Below, one piece after another: positions 1-10,733 of a stretch of 64,000 nt of DNA. This DNA comes from an uncultured Bacteroidales bacterium (GTDB lineage Bacteria > Bacteroidota > Bacteroidia > Bacteroidales > ML635J-15), in assembly GCA_905234755.1 (NCBI GenBank), contig CAJOIT010000003.1:895139-959138 (forward strand). Direction: 5' to 3'. The notes beneath the pieces were generated by a model that ran no database searches, was not told where the DNA came from, and saw only the letters and a program-made list of their open reading frames with translations. Within the stretch, counting starts at the first letter, position 1. The number at the start of each line of letters is the position of its first letter. Both the position numbers and the translations under genes were made by a program.

Positions 1-475
1 TATGACATTCATCTCGTATCACATAAATGATTTTTCCTGCCGTACCTTTCATCAAATCGCCTCTTATTTCGGATAAAAAGTTAAGAAATGCACCTTCCTT
101 TTTTAATTTGCTATCTTCTTTATACAAATCCCGCGGCAACACATATACATTATGGTCAGTTGGGATAAATATAGATCCTTCGCCACTTGTTTCCGAGTTT
201 ATTAAATACGGATTGAGATTGGTAAATGTTCCGTTTTCGCACAAGGCACAAAATGAATTGTAATTTTGTTCCGCCAAATCGCTCTTCGAAAGCGAGGAAA
301 CAAGAAAAACAACATTGCTGTGCAAGGCAAGAATACGATTCATGAAATCAGCCATCATATAAGTTTTGCCACTACCAGTTGGCGCCTCTACCGTGTATTC
401 CTTTTTGCCACGCCCGAGCATAGCAACCATTTGCGAAACTGCACGATTCTGTAAGTCTTTTGCTTCTTGCAACAT
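1..475 (-). CDS. res: Type III restriction endonuclease Res subunit (DEAD/DEAH helicase family), 5' part only; runs off window
   Basis: Manual translation from ATG at 475: MLQEAKDLQNRAV...EAPTGSGKTYMMADF (Walker A) ...YVIRDECH (Walker B); starts 3 bp after the mod stop. Not in the ORF track. Confidence 0.85.
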   Translation of the reverse strand, partial: MLQEAKDLQNRAVSQMVAMLGRGKKEYTVEAPTGSGKTYMMADFMNRILALHSNVVFLVSSLSKSDLAEQNYNSFCALCENGTFTNLNPYLINSETSGEGSIFIPTDHNVYVLPRDLYKEDSKLKKEGAFLNFLSEIRGDLMKGTAGKIIYVIRDECH

Positions 476-478
476 AGC

Positions 479-2140
479 CTACTCCTCCGTTTTTAGTTGT
501 TCCAAATACTTCTGCGTTTTGTCGAAGTTGCTACAAACCCAATCTATTTTCTCTTTAATTGTCGCAAATTTTTCTTTTCCATAGAGAGTTTCATCTATCA
601 CATCAAACGGAGTTTTGCCTTTTGTCCATTCAAAATTGGCAACACTTTCTATTTCATAAACATCAAGGTTGCCACCGTATGGCTTGTTTTTCTTTATCCA
701 ATCGAAATCTTTTGTTCCATCGTAACATTCTCCGGTCATAATGCGTTTGAGACGCTTGGTTGTAACATCGTATGCAATGCCGTTGGGTGTAGTATCTGTT
801 TTTTCGTTCAATTGACAAAGTATAAATGTTCGGTTACCTTCGGGAGTTATATCATTGAGTAAATCGCCATCTTTTGCTTCATTACGGTTTAAGTCAAGTA
901 CGGCATGCCCAGTAGTACCACTGCCAGCAAAAAAATCAAGAATAATCGAGTTTGGATTCTCGTAAGTTGTTGCTTGTATTAATAATTCTATAAGTTTTAC
1001 AGGTTTTGGATTGTCAAAATCAGTATCTTTTAGTATTTGAAAAAGGGTTTCTGAAGCATCTTCATTCGTTTCACAATTGTAACCATCTTTGGATAATTGA
1101 GCATTAGCAAGAAAATTTTTCATTTTCTTTATTTCTCCGCCATTTTTTATATGATTAGGACGAAATGGTATTTTCGCTATATATATTATATCATCCGAAC
1201 CAAATATTTCGTTCAATTTTTCTTGAGAATATCTCCATTCCCCATCTAATATAAATTCATTCACATTTTTGCCATCTTTAACAATCACATCATTTTTCAA
1301 GTATGTTATTATATTCCCTTCTGACATATTTTGTGCTTTATATGTTCCATCGGGCAAATTAAACGACACTCTGCCTGCAGGAAACTTTATTATACTTCTT
1401 GTGTTTCCAGCATTATTAATTGGCCATTTTTTGCCCGCTGTTGTATATTCTAATGAAAATGGGAAAGAATATTTTGCATTTTTTGTATAGCATAAAATAT
1501 ATTCGAATATTGTCGCAAAGTTTTGCGACAAGTATGAAGGTTTCTGCTTTTTTTGCCATATAATCATTCCAGAATAATTACTCTCTCTAAAAACCTCATC
1601 AAACAAACATTTCACATACGCTTGATTCTTGTCATCAATTGAGCAGAAAATGACACCTTCGTCTGATAGCAATTGTTTTGCAAGTATCAAACGAGGATAG
1701 AGCATTGATAGAAGATTGTCGCGTGTGATAGCGTTGTTATAGTTGGTGGCGGCAAATTCGCCCATACTATCTTTTCCGTACGGTGGGTCAATGTAAATCA
1801 TGTCAATCTTTCCTCTGTACTGAATCAGAAGATTTTGCAACGCTTCGTAATTATCGCCAATGATTAGTTTGTGCGTAGGTTTATTATCATCGGTATGGAA
1901 CGATAGTTTTTCATTCTTTTTGAAATACTTGATAGTATTGCTCATCTTTTCCAATCGCTTGTCGAAATGGAGTCCAGTTCGTTTATATGTGGTGCCTAAT
2001 GCAGCAATGTTTATGGCTTCGTCTAACGAATCAGCGTTTTTAATAAGTTTGATAAGCAAATCTGCATTACTTTGTTCAAGAATCTTGTCTTCAACTCGTT
2101 TTTTTATCTCATCAATAAGGGTTTCTTTAGTTGCATTCAT
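479..2140 (-). CDS. mod: Type III R-M methyltransferase (Mod, beta-class amino-MTase)
   Basis: LIIGDN, IYIDPPY catalytic motif, FDNPKP, LDFFAGSGTTG SAM motif; AT-rich central target-recognition region. Confidence 0.92.
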   Translation of the reverse strand: MNATKETLIDEIKKRVEDKILEQSNADLLIKLIKNADSLDEAINIAALGTTYKRTGLHFDKRLEKMSNTIKYFKKNEKLSFHTDDNKPTHKLIIGDNYEALQNLLIQYRGKIDMIYIDPPYGKDSMGEFAATNYNNAITRDNLLSMLYPRLILAKQLLSDEGVIFCSIDDKNQAYVKCLFDEVFRESNYSGMIIWQKKQKPSYLSQNFATIFEYILCYTKNAKYSFPFSLEYTTAGKKWPINNAGNTRSIIKFPAGRVSFNLPDGTYKAQNMSEGNIITYLKNDVIVKDGKNVNEFILDGEWRYSQEKLNEIFGSDDIIYIAKIPFRPNHIKNGGEIKKMKNFLANAQLSKDGYNCETNEDASETLFQILKDTDFDNPKPVKLIELLIQATTYENPNSIILDFFAGSGTTGHAVLDLNRNEAKDGDLLNDITPEGNRTFILCQLNEKTDTTPNGIAYDVTTKRLKRIMTGECYDGTKDFDWIKKNKPYGGNLDVYEIESVANFEWTKGKTPFDVIDETLYGKEKFATIKEKIDWVCSNFDKTQKYLEQLKTEE

Positions 2141-2155
2141 TATTCCGTGTGTTTT

Positions 2156-2372
2156 ATGGCGTTTTGAAACTTTTTCGAGGACAACAGGTTGGCAACACCA
2201 TCGAAAACAAAAACGGCTGGATTTCCGTTATTGCTTTCCGAGGTATTTGCCGTAACCTGTTCCTTCAATAAGTTCCATCCATGCCGTAGCACGGAGGTTT
2301 GAACTTATTCTGAAAGGAACTTCTTCTAATCGGCAAATTTTCGGAAAGTCTCGAATAAATAGCAAACGCTAT
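2156..2372 (-). ncRNA. Putative structured 5' leader / cis-regulatory RNA of mod-res
   Basis: Nested inverted repeats ctttccga/tcggaaag, atttgccg/cggcaaat, gttcctt/aaggaac, aataagttc/gaacttatt, closed by gcgttt/aaacgc; TAATTTTG -7 box on the minus strand at 2517-2524. Confidence 0.5.
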
Positions 2373-2646
2373 GATTAATAATATGTTAATTAAAATCCTT
2401 TACTTCATTTAGTTAATTGATATATCGTTTATAATTATCTGTTTACCAAAATAGTACCTAATTCATACTGAACATAAATTGCGAAACGGACTGTTTCGTA
2501 TTTATTTTTATATCTGCAAAATTATAAAAAATAACTAATTGACATCCAAACGAAACTCGGGAATGCAAAACTTTTTTTCACAAATTGTTATTCGTTTCAA
2601 ATAAAAAGCATTATCTTTAACCGATTTTTTGCAGAGGCTCATTTTG

Positions 2647-5600
2647 ATGAAACGAATACACCTTATATTAATAACAACCATTGCAATACTAATGCAATGC
2701 AAGTCTATATTCGCACAGTACGAGTTCATCGAAAACAAAGGTCAGTGGCACGAAAATGTGAAGTTCAAGATGGAACTCAACGATGGCGCGCTTTTCATCG
2801 AGGACAACGGCTTTACATTCAACATTACCGACATCAAAATGGGACACCACTCCCACGCCCATGATGAGTACGAATGGCATGACGACAATTCAATCGGTCG
2901 CGGACACGCATACAAAGTGACATTCCGCAATGCAAAAAAGCCAAAGGACATAACAAGCAACTACGCCACAAGCGACTACTGCAACTACTTCATCGGCAAC
3001 GATGAATCGAAATGGGCATCGAATGTGAAAAAATTCCGTGAGGTGGAATGCTCCGGCATATACAACAACATCGACATACGCTACTCATCTGATGACAGAG
3101 GTATGAAGTACGACTTCGTTGTGCATCCGGGCGGAAACTACAAGGACATTCAACTCGAATACATTGGTACCGATGGCATTGAAGTAAAAGACGGTGTTCT
3201 GATTGCCCACACTACTATACGCGACATAATGGAATACACGCCAAAGGTTTACCAAATCATAAACGGCGATACCATAAACATCAGTTGCGAATATGTATTG
3301 CGCAAAAACATTGTTGGATACAAGATTTCGGAAAACTACGACAAAAACTACGACCTTGTAATCGACCCCTCGCTGGTATTCTCGACCTACACAGGTTCCA
3401 CTGGCGACAACTGGGGCTTTACCGCCACCTTCGACTACAACGACAATGTATTCTCGGGCGGAATCGTGTTTTCAACCGGCTACCCTACCTCCACTGGCGC
3501 TTATCAGGTTAACTACGCTGGCGGAACTCCGTGGGCCGACAACGCCACAAGCTACCTCGAAGGCTGCGACATAGGCATCATAAAGTACAACTCGGACGGT
3601 ACAAGCAGAATCTATGCAACCTACCTTGGCGGACACAACGGTCAGGAAATGCCTCATAGCTTAGTCGCTACCGAAAGCAACCAGCTTGTGATTATGGGAA
3701 CCACTGGCTCACCCGACTTTCCGACCACGGCAAACGCCTACGACCGCTCATTCAACGGCGGAACAAGCGTAACCTACGACAATGTCATAGGTTTCCACGG
3801 TGGCGTTGATATTTTCGTTTCAAAACTTTCGGAAGACGGGTCTCAACTGCTCGGAAGCACATACATCGGCGGAACTGGCAACGATGGTCTTAACTTCAAG
3901 GCTTCATACACACAACCCGACCCGACCACTGGCATCAACTATGTGGAAATGCACGGCAACGATTCGCTATACTACAATTATGGTGACGGTGCCCGCGGAG
4001 AAGTTGTGGTAAGCGCCAAATCATACATTTATGTCGGAACAAACACTTTCTCGTCCGATTTTCCACAAGGCATAAACGAAGGTTTTCAACCCAATGCTGG
4101 CGGTGGACAGGACGGCGTAGTGTTTGCGCTAAGCCCCGACCTTTCGCAACTGGCATGGAGCTCGTACATTGGCGGTTCGCAGGATGATGCTATATTCAGC
4201 GTTTCGCTAGACAACGAAGAAAATGTATTTGTGACAGGCGGCACAACATCATCAAACTTCCCCACTACCGCAAATGCTTACAACCAAACCTTCAACGGAG
4301 GAAGTACCGATGCTTTTGTCGCCAAGATAGCCCACAACGGGACTTTCCTGCTGACATCGACTTTTTTCGGTTCCTCCGCCTACGACAACGCCTACTTCGT
4401 TCGCACCGACCGCAACGACAAGGTTTATATCTGCGGACAGACGAAATGCGGTGGAACAGCACTAGTGCAAAATGCAGGATACTATGTTGCAAACAGCGGT
4501 CAGTTCATCACAAAATTCAACAACGACCTTACCAATGTTGAATGGTCAACCCAATTCGGAACAAATACTGGCAAACCAAACATTTCGATAACTGCCTTTG
4601 CTGTAGATGTTTGCAACAGAGTTTACCTATCGGGATGGGGACGCGAATGGCCGTATAACTACTACGATGCACAAGCACACTACTACACTTGGGACCAAGA
4701 ATTTGGCACAAAGAACATGCAGGTAACCGCAGATGCTATTCAGGACACTACAGATGGCATGGACTTCTATGTTCTTGTTCTTAACGAAGATGTAAGCGCC
4801 TTGGAATATGCAACTTTCTTCGGCGAATTGCGATACACAAGCTGCAGCGCATCTGGTCGCGACCATGTAGATGGCGGCACTAGCCGTTTCGACAAGAAGG
4901 GACATATAATACAGTCGGTGTGTGCAAGCTGCGGCGGCTGCCAAATGTTCCCGGCAAGTCCATCGGATGTGTGGTCAACATCCAACAACTCGACAAACTG
5001 CAACAATGCAGTGTTCAAGATTAGAATAATAGAAAACCTTGCCGAAGCAAACTTCAACCCTGTGCCTGTAGGTTGCGCTCCATACAATGTGCAGTTTGAA
5101 AACACCTCGCAGGGAACATCATTCCTGTGGGAATTTGGTGATGGCACTACATCGACGCAAACAAATCCGTCGCACACTTATACCAATGGCGGCACATACA
5201 TCGTAACACTAGTTGCACGTGACCCGGCAAGTTGCAACATGACCGACACAATACGAAGAACAATAACAGTTGTTTCGCCAAGTCCATCAACCCTTGATGA
5301 CATTACCAGTTGCCCTGGCGAAAGCGTAATCATCGGTCCCGAAACCGACTATCCCGAAGGCACAACTTTCAATTGGATACAAGGTAGCGGATTTAGCAAT
5401 CCAAACATACAGAATCCAAGTGTAACACCAACGCAAACAACAACATATACGCTTGTTGCACAAGGCGTTTGCAACGACACCGTAACCCAGACCGTTAATG
5501 TGATAATCCCCGATGTTGGACTTACCACCTCTAACGACACAACAATATGTCCGGGCGGAACCGCCACTCTACAAGTTTTCCCGACTGGAAATGCAGTAGC

Positions 5601-7662
5601 TTGGGAATGGTCAGCCGACCCGAACTTCTCGTCAATATTCTCGACAGAACAAATCGTTGATGTTTCACCTACAAATAGCCTAACCTACTATGTCAGAGTT
5701 CGCGAATCGGAATGCAACACCTACGCAACCGGGCAGGTAAGAGTGACAATACACAGGTTCAACTACAGCCTTACGCATTCTCACATCATCTGCCCGAATG
5801 CACAGGTACAACTTACTGTTACCAACAACAGTAGCGACCAGTTAACATACCAATGGCAAGGTGCAGGAATCGTAAGCGGCGGAAACACAAACTCACCAAC
5901 CGTAAGTCCAACATCAGCAACGACATACACCGTAACAATTACCAACCAGATGGGCTGTACAACCACCGACCAAGTTGAAGTTACAATAGACTTCATAACC
6001 AGTAGCATCGGCACGACAACCCACAACATTTGCCACGGATATTGCGAAGGAACGGCAGAAATCATTGCAAACGGAATCGAACCTTATTCGTACAACTGGA
6101 GCAATGATCAGTCAACACAAACAGCAACAGAACTTTGTGCAGGAAGCTACACAGTAACTGTTACCGATGGAAACTCTTGCACAACGACAAATACTGTCAC
6201 TATCTCCGAACCACCAGCTATAACGATAAATTTCACTAACATACAGGAACCTATTTGCGATGGTGTTGGCTATGGTTCGGCTACAGCAAATGTTTCGGGC
6301 GGAACTCCAGGATATTCGTATCAGTGGGACATCAACGACTACACGACCGCAACCAACAACGAATGTCTTGTAGGCGCAAACACAGTCACCGTTACCGACC
6401 AAAACGGTTGTACCGCAACCAATACAATAAATTTGCCAGCCCCTGGAACACTGACATCGCAGACAGAATCGGTAACACATGTATCATGCAACGGTTTCTG
6501 CGATGGTGCAATAAGCATTTCTGCTAGCGGTGGAAATCAGCCATACACCTACAACTGGTCGAATGGTGAACATGGAACCGAAATTCACGGACTTTGCGCA
6601 GGCAGATACACCATAACAATTGTTGATGCCGACAACTGCGTGTCGCACCAGTTCGCAAACATAACCGAACCGGATGTTCTGCAAACCTATATTCAGGAAA
6701 ACAGTCCAATACTATGCTACGGAGGCACATCAACAATCAACTCGATAACCTACGGTGGCACAGCTCCATACGCTTTTCTATGGTCAACTGGCGAAACTGC
6801 CAACACGCAGATAAATGTCACGGCAGGAAACTATTCGATAATCGTCACCGACAGCCATGGCTGCACCACCGAAGCATATATTGCAATATCACAGCCTGAT
6901 GAACTTCGGATTTCAGAATATCTTACCGACCAGCTTTGCGACAACAACTGCAATGGGGAAATAGAAACCACTGTCATAGGTGGAGTTCAACCATACAGAT
7001 ACAGATGGTCGAATTCGGAAACAACAAGTTACATAGAACACCTTTGTCACGGCGACTATTTGCTGACCGTTACCGATGCAAACGGATGCCAATTATATAA
7101 AGGATACGATATTACCAACTTAGGATATGTTCCAGAACTTGATGCAACAATTAGTTCTCGGGTAATATATCGTGGAGAATATGTCAGACTTTCAGCAATA
7201 ACAGAAACTAGTGGCACCTTCGAATGGGACAATGGGAAAGTACTTGACAATGAATTGGCGGCATCCCCGTTAGCTCGTCCATCTGAAAATACGCTTTTCA
7301 CGGTTATATTCCACGATGGCAACAACTGCATTGCAATCGACACCGTGTCGGTGATTGTAAAGGAAGTAATTTGCGGTGACCCGTACATTTTCGTACCAAA
7401 CGCCTTCACACCAAACGGCGACGGCAACAACGACTTTTTCCGTCCCTTCTACCCGAGCGCCATTGTAACAGAAATGTATTTCGCTGTTTACGACCGCTGG
7501 GGGGCAATAGTATACGAAACCGACAACATTCGCGCCGATGGATGGAACGGAACATACAAGGGCAAACAACTCGCTCCCGATGTATATGTATTCTGGCTGA
7601 AAGCAAAGTGTATAAATGGTGAAGAATACGAACATCGCGGTAATGTCACATTAATTAGGTAA
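2647..7662 (+). CDS. Large T9SS type-B (gliding-motility CTD) protein with beta-propeller (SBBP-like) repeats, PKD and SprB-like repeats
   Basis: Signal peptide, FIENKGQW N-domain, STYLGG-type repeats, WEFGDG PKD, YTVTVTD.NGC repeats, C-terminal FVPNAFTPNGDGNND...GNVTLIR; ATG 2647 preferred over TTG 2629. Confidence 0.9.
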   Translation: MKRIHLILITTIAILMQCKSIFAQYEFIENKGQWHENVKFKMELNDGALFIEDNGFTFNITDIKMGHHSHAHDEYEWHDDNSIGRGHAYKVTFRNAKKPKDITSNYATSDYCNYFIGNDESKWASNVKKFREVECSGIYNNIDIRYSSDDRGMKYDFVVHPGGNYKDIQLEYIGTDGIEVKDGVLIAHTTIRDIMEYTPKVYQIINGDTINISCEYVLRKNIVGYKISENYDKNYDLVIDPSLVFSTYTGSTGDNWGFTATFDYNDNVFSGGIVFSTGYPTSTGAYQVNYAGGTPWADNATSYLEGCDIGIIKYNSDGTSRIYATYLGGHNGQEMPHSLVATESNQLVIMGTTGSPDFPTTANAYDRSFNGGTSVTYDNVIGFHGGVDIFVSKLSEDGSQLLGSTYIGGTGNDGLNFKASYTQPDPTTGINYVEMHGNDSLYYNYGDGARGEVVVSAKSYIYVGTNTFSSDFPQGINEGFQPNAGGGQDGVVFALSPDLSQLAWSSYIGGSQDDAIFSVSLDNEENVFVTGGTTSSNFPTTANAYNQTFNGGSTDAFVAKIAHNGTFLLTSTFFGSSAYDNAYFVRTDRNDKVYICGQTKCGGTALVQNAGYYVANSGQFITKFNNDLTNVEWSTQFGTNTGKPNISITAFAVDVCNRVYLSGWGREWPYNYYDAQAHYYTWDQEFGTKNMQVTADAIQDTTDGMDFYVLVLNEDVSALEYATFFGELRYTSCSASGRDHVDGGTSRFDKKGHIIQSVCASCGGCQMFPASPSDVWSTSNNSTNCNNAVFKIRIIENLAEANFNPVPVGCAPYNVQFENTSQGTSFLWEFGDGTTSTQTNPSHTYTNGGTYIVTLVARDPASCNMTDTIRRTITVVSPSPSTLDDITSCPGESVIIGPETDYPEGTTFNWIQGSGFSNPNIQNPSVTPTQTTTYTLVAQGVCNDTVTQTVNVIIPDVGLTTSNDTTICPGGTATLQVFPTGNAVAWEWSADPNFSSIFSTEQIVDVSPTNSLTYYVRVRESECNTYATGQVRVTIHRFNYSLTHSHIICPNAQVQLTVTNNSSDQLTYQWQGAGIVSGGNTNSPTVSPTSATTYTVTITNQMGCTTTDQVEVTIDFITSSIGTTTHNICHGYCEGTAEIIANGIEPYSYNWSNDQSTQTATELCAGSYTVTVTDGNSCTTTNTVTISEPPAITINFTNIQEPICDGVGYGSATANVSGGTPGYSYQWDINDYTTATNNECLVGANTVTVTDQNGCTATNTINLPAPGTLTSQTESVTHVSCNGFCDGAISISASGGNQPYTYNWSNGEHGTEIHGLCAGRYTITIVDADNCVSHQFANITEPDVLQTYIQENSPILCYGGTSTINSITYGGTAPYAFLWSTGETANTQINVTAGNYSIIVTDSHGCTTEAYIAISQPDELRISEYLTDQLCDNNCNGEIETTVIGGVQPYRYRWSNSETTSYIEHLCHGDYLLTVTDANGCQLYKGYDITNLGYVPELDATISSRVIYRGEYVRLSAITETSGTFEWDNGKVLDNELAASPLARPSENTLFTVIFHDGNNCIAIDTVSVIVKEVICGDPYIFVPNAFTPNGDGNNDFFRPFYPSAIVTEMYFAVYDRWGAIVYETDNIRADGWNGTYKGKQLAPDVYVFWLKAKCINGEEYEHRGNVTLIR

Positions 7663-7669
7663 AAAATAC

Positions 7670-9127
7670 ATGGAAGAAATAATATCAACTATAAGTTCGT
7701 ATGTCTGGAGCGCACCGCTTGTTATATTGTGCTTGGCAGCAGGACTTTATTTCTCCTTTGGAACAAGATTCGTTCAGGTAAGACGATTCGGCGAAATGGT
7801 AAAATTGCTTTTTTCTACCGACAAGACACAAAAGACAGGTATTTCGTCGTTTCAGGCATTTGCAATGGCACTGTCGGGACGAGTAGGCACTGGAAACATT
7901 GTTGGCGTAGCAACCGCAATAGGCTACGGCGGTCCGGGTGCAATAGTCTGGATGTGGATTATCGCCTTCCTCGGTGCAGGTTCAGCCTTTGCTGAAGCAA
8001 CTCTCGCTCAAATCTACAAGGATGAACACAATGGTCAATTCCGTGGCGGTCCATCCTACTACATCGAAAAAGGACTTAAATGCAAGTGGCTGGCAATAAT
8101 ATTCGCAGTATGCTCTGTGCTTGCCTGCGGAATTTTCCTTCCGCCAGTACATTCAAACGGCATAGCCACATCTTTTTCCAATGCCTTTGGCATCGACACA
8201 ATGTATGTTGGAATAATTGTGGCAGTGCTAATAGCACTTGTAATCATTGGCGGAGTAAAGCGAATTGCAAATGTCGCACAGATAATAGCCCCACTGATGG
8301 CAGTAATTTACATAATTCTTTCGATTGTCGTCCTGATTTGCAATGCAGGAAATGTTCCATCGGCATTCAAGGATATGATTACAAGCGCCTTCGGAATGAA
8401 TGAAATGCTTGGCGGAATACTCGGCAGCACCATTGCATGGGGAGTAAAGCGTGGCATCTATTCAAATGAGGCAGGACAAGGAACCGGCCCTATCGTGGCT
8501 GCGGCAGCAAAAGTCTCCCACCCCGTAAAACAAGGACTTGTGCAAGCATTTTCGGTTTACATCGACACTTTGTTAGTCTGCACCGCAACGGCAGTAATGA
8601 TTCTCGCCACCAAGACCTATAATATATACGATGGCGACGGCAACCTGCTATTCGCCTCCCCTATAGCACAACTTGGCGCACCCGATGTTTCGTATACATC
8701 TACGGCACTTGGAACACTTGTCGGCTCGACATGGGGAAATATTATAATTTCTGTGGCACTATTCTTCTTTGCTTTCACCACAGTGATGGCATATTACTAC
8801 TACGCCGAAACCAATGTCGTATATCTTTTCGGCAACGGGCGCAAGGAAAAGATTGCAATCTGGTGCGTAAGATTTTCGGTTATTGGAATGGTGTTCTTCG
8901 GTTCGCTTCACGAAGCAAAGACCGTGTGGGACTTAGGCGACATCGGCGTAGGTTCGATGGCATGGATAAATGTAATTGCAATACTCCTGCTATCGCCTAA
9001 GGTTTTCAAACTGCTGAAATCGTACGAAAAACAGAAAAAGCAAGGCAAGGAACCCGAATTCCACCCCGAGGAAATGAATATCAAGGGAGCAGACTTCTGG
9101 GAGAAGAAGAAAAATGACAGTGCTTAG
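7670..9127 (+). CDS. Alanine/glycine:cation symporter (AGCS family)
   Basis: GRVGTGNIVGVA, GGPGA, RGIYSNEAGQG motifs; multi-TM. Confidence 0.93.
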   Translation: MEEIISTISSYVWSAPLVILCLAAGLYFSFGTRFVQVRRFGEMVKLLFSTDKTQKTGISSFQAFAMALSGRVGTGNIVGVATAIGYGGPGAIVWMWIIAFLGAGSAFAEATLAQIYKDEHNGQFRGGPSYYIEKGLKCKWLAIIFAVCSVLACGIFLPPVHSNGIATSFSNAFGIDTMYVGIIVAVLIALVIIGGVKRIANVAQIIAPLMAVIYIILSIVVLICNAGNVPSAFKDMITSAFGMNEMLGGILGSTIAWGVKRGIYSNEAGQGTGPIVAAAAKVSHPVKQGLVQAFSVYIDTLLVCTATAVMILATKTYNIYDGDGNLLFASPIAQLGAPDVSYTSTALGTLVGSTWGNIIISVALFFFAFTTVMAYYYYAETNVVYLFGNGRKEKIAIWCVRFSVIGMVFFGSLHEAKTVWDLGDIGVGSMAWINVIAILLLSPKVFKLLKSYEKQKKQGKEPEFHPEEMNIKGADFWEKKKNDSA

Positions 9128-9289
9128 TCAACCTTTTGAAAAAGTTGCTATTAACAAGATTATACACTAATGTTAAAAAAAATCGCCTGCCAATGGCATA
9201 ATATTGACAATATAAGAATAAATTTGCAACTGCGTTGATTTTGGCGCAATAGTGGAATTTTATATTTAGTAACAATAAATTATACGGAT

Positions 9290-9604
9290 ATGTTAGAAAT
9301 TACAGAACAGAACTACGATGAATTAATAGGCAATACCAATCTGCCAGTAGTATTGGATTTTGGTGCAACATGGTGCGGTCCATGCCAAGTTATTAAGCCA
9401 TACATTGAAAAAATGAGCAACACCTACGAAGGCAAGGCAATAGTTGCAAAGGTTGACATTGATGAAGCAGGCGACCTCCCAATGAAGTTCGGCATTAGAA
9501 ATGTGCCTACCGTAATTTACCTGAAAGGCGGAAAAGTTGTTGATCGCGTTGTCGGTGCTGTTCCAGAAGCACAGTTAATTGAAAAACTCGAAGCTATTTT
9601 ATAA
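9290..9604 (+). CDS. trxA: Thioredoxin
   Basis: DFGATWCGPC, cis-Pro NVPT. Confidence 0.93.
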   Translation: MLEITEQNYDELIGNTNLPVVLDFGATWCGPCQVIKPYIEKMSNTYEGKAIVAKVDIDEAGDLPMKFGIRNVPTVIYLKGGKVVDRVVGAVPEAQLIEKLEAIL

Positions 9605-9613
9605 GTCAGGGAA

Positions 9614-10030
9614 ATGACAATAAATGAAATACAAGACGGAATAATCGAAGATTTTTCCGTCTTTGAGGATTGGATGGACAAGTATGCCTACCTCATTGAG
9701 CTTGGCGGAGAACTGCCAGCATTTGACGAGGCGCATCGCACCGACAGCAACCTTATAAAAGGATGCCAGTCGAAAGTATGGTTCAATGCGGAATTTGTTG
9801 ACGGCAAAATCGTTTTCACCGCCGACAGCGATGCCATAATAACCAAGGGAATAGCATCGTTGCTAATAAAGGTGATGTCGAACCAGACTCCCCAAGACAT
9901 TCTGAATGCCGACCTGTACTTCATTGATAAAATCGGTCTTACGCAGCACTTGTCCCCCACCCGTTCAAACGGATTGCTTTCGATGGTGAAGCAGATAAAG
10001 ATTTACGCACTTGCATATTCAAAAAAGTAA
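9614..10030 (+). CDS. sufE: SufE family Fe-S metabolism protein
   Basis: IKGCQSKVW, DSDAIITKG, HLSPTRSNGL. Confidence 0.93.
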   Translation: MTINEIQDGIIEDFSVFEDWMDKYAYLIELGGELPAFDEAHRTDSNLIKGCQSKVWFNAEFVDGKIVFTADSDAIITKGIASLLIKVMSNQTPQDILNADLYFIDKIGLTQHLSPTRSNGLLSMVKQIKIYALAYSKK

Positions 10031-10034
10031 CGAA

Positions 10035-10349
10035 ATGAAGACTAAACTCGAATTGCAACAGGAAATTATCGCGGCCTTGCGTACTGTAAGCGACCCCGAA
10101 ATCAATGTCAACATATACGAACTCGGGCTTATTTACCGCATCGACATTAACGACAGCAACGATGTGGAGATTGACATGACCATGACCGCACCCAACTGCC
10201 CTATGGCCGAAGACCTTTTAGTCTGGGCTCGCGATGCCGTAAAAAACATTGAAGAAGTAAAATCCGTAAACATAAATCTTGTCTTCGATCCGCCCTGGAC
10301 ACCATCAATGATGAGCGAAGAAGCAAAGTTGGAACTTAATATGTTCTAA
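10035..10349 (+). CDS. DUF59/SufT-like Fe-S assembly protein
   Basis: DPEINVNIYELGLIY, TAPNCP, FDPPW; ATG at 10035. Confidence 0.9.
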   Translation: MKTKLELQQEIIAALRTVSDPEINVNIYELGLIYRIDINDSNDVEIDMTMTAPNCPMAEDLLVWARDAVKNIEEVKSVNINLVFDPPWTPSMMSEEAKLELNMF

Positions 10350-10470
10350 AAATTCCATGCTCGAAAGAGCATACCTTGATTGCCGCCTAGGCTGGTGAGC
10401 GGATTGAAAATATAGAGACTAACAAAAAAAGAATTTATAAACAAGTTGACTAAATTTTGCCCCCTAATCA

Positions 10471-10662
10471 GTCATTCCGCAAGTTAGAACAATAACGCGA
10501 TACGGAACGGGGGAGCGTAATATTGTTCAATTGTGCGGAACGCAACAGCCTCGTGAAGCAAAGCGAACAATCTCCAACTGAAACCGTTTCAACAGGAGAT
10601 TTCGTACAGACAGGCTCACAAGCATCGTTCCTTTTGCTGTTCGCTTTGTCTTACGAAATGAC
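10471..10662. repeat. Palindromic REP/MITE-like element (GTCATT...AATGAC family), copy A
   Basis: Terminal gtcattccg/cgaaatgac, internal aatctcc/ggagatt; shares cgcgatacggaacggggga with copies at 15961 and 58714. Confidence 0.75.
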
Positions 10663-10733
10663 ACAGAGGCTTAATACAAAAAGTTGTACTAAAAAATTGA
10701 CAGAAAGCCCAATATAACAAAGATTATTTAGGT

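Noticed and set aside
479-2140. Phase-variable mod (phasevarion)
   Set aside because: No simple-sequence repeat tract visible in the gene
2156-2372. Retron msr-msd ncRNA (outer inverted repeat plus long hairpin)
   Set aside because: No reverse transcriptase in the window; adjacent genes are type III R-M
9124-10453. Inverted repeat ttagtcaac/gttgactaa bracketing trxA-sufE-DUF59 as an invertible segment
   Set aside because: Too short and AT-rich, housekeeping cargo, no recombinase
10523-10717. Small ORFs over REP-like elements (also 16043-16231, 58675-58920, 52166-52414)
   Set aside because: They coincide with non-coding palindromic repeats
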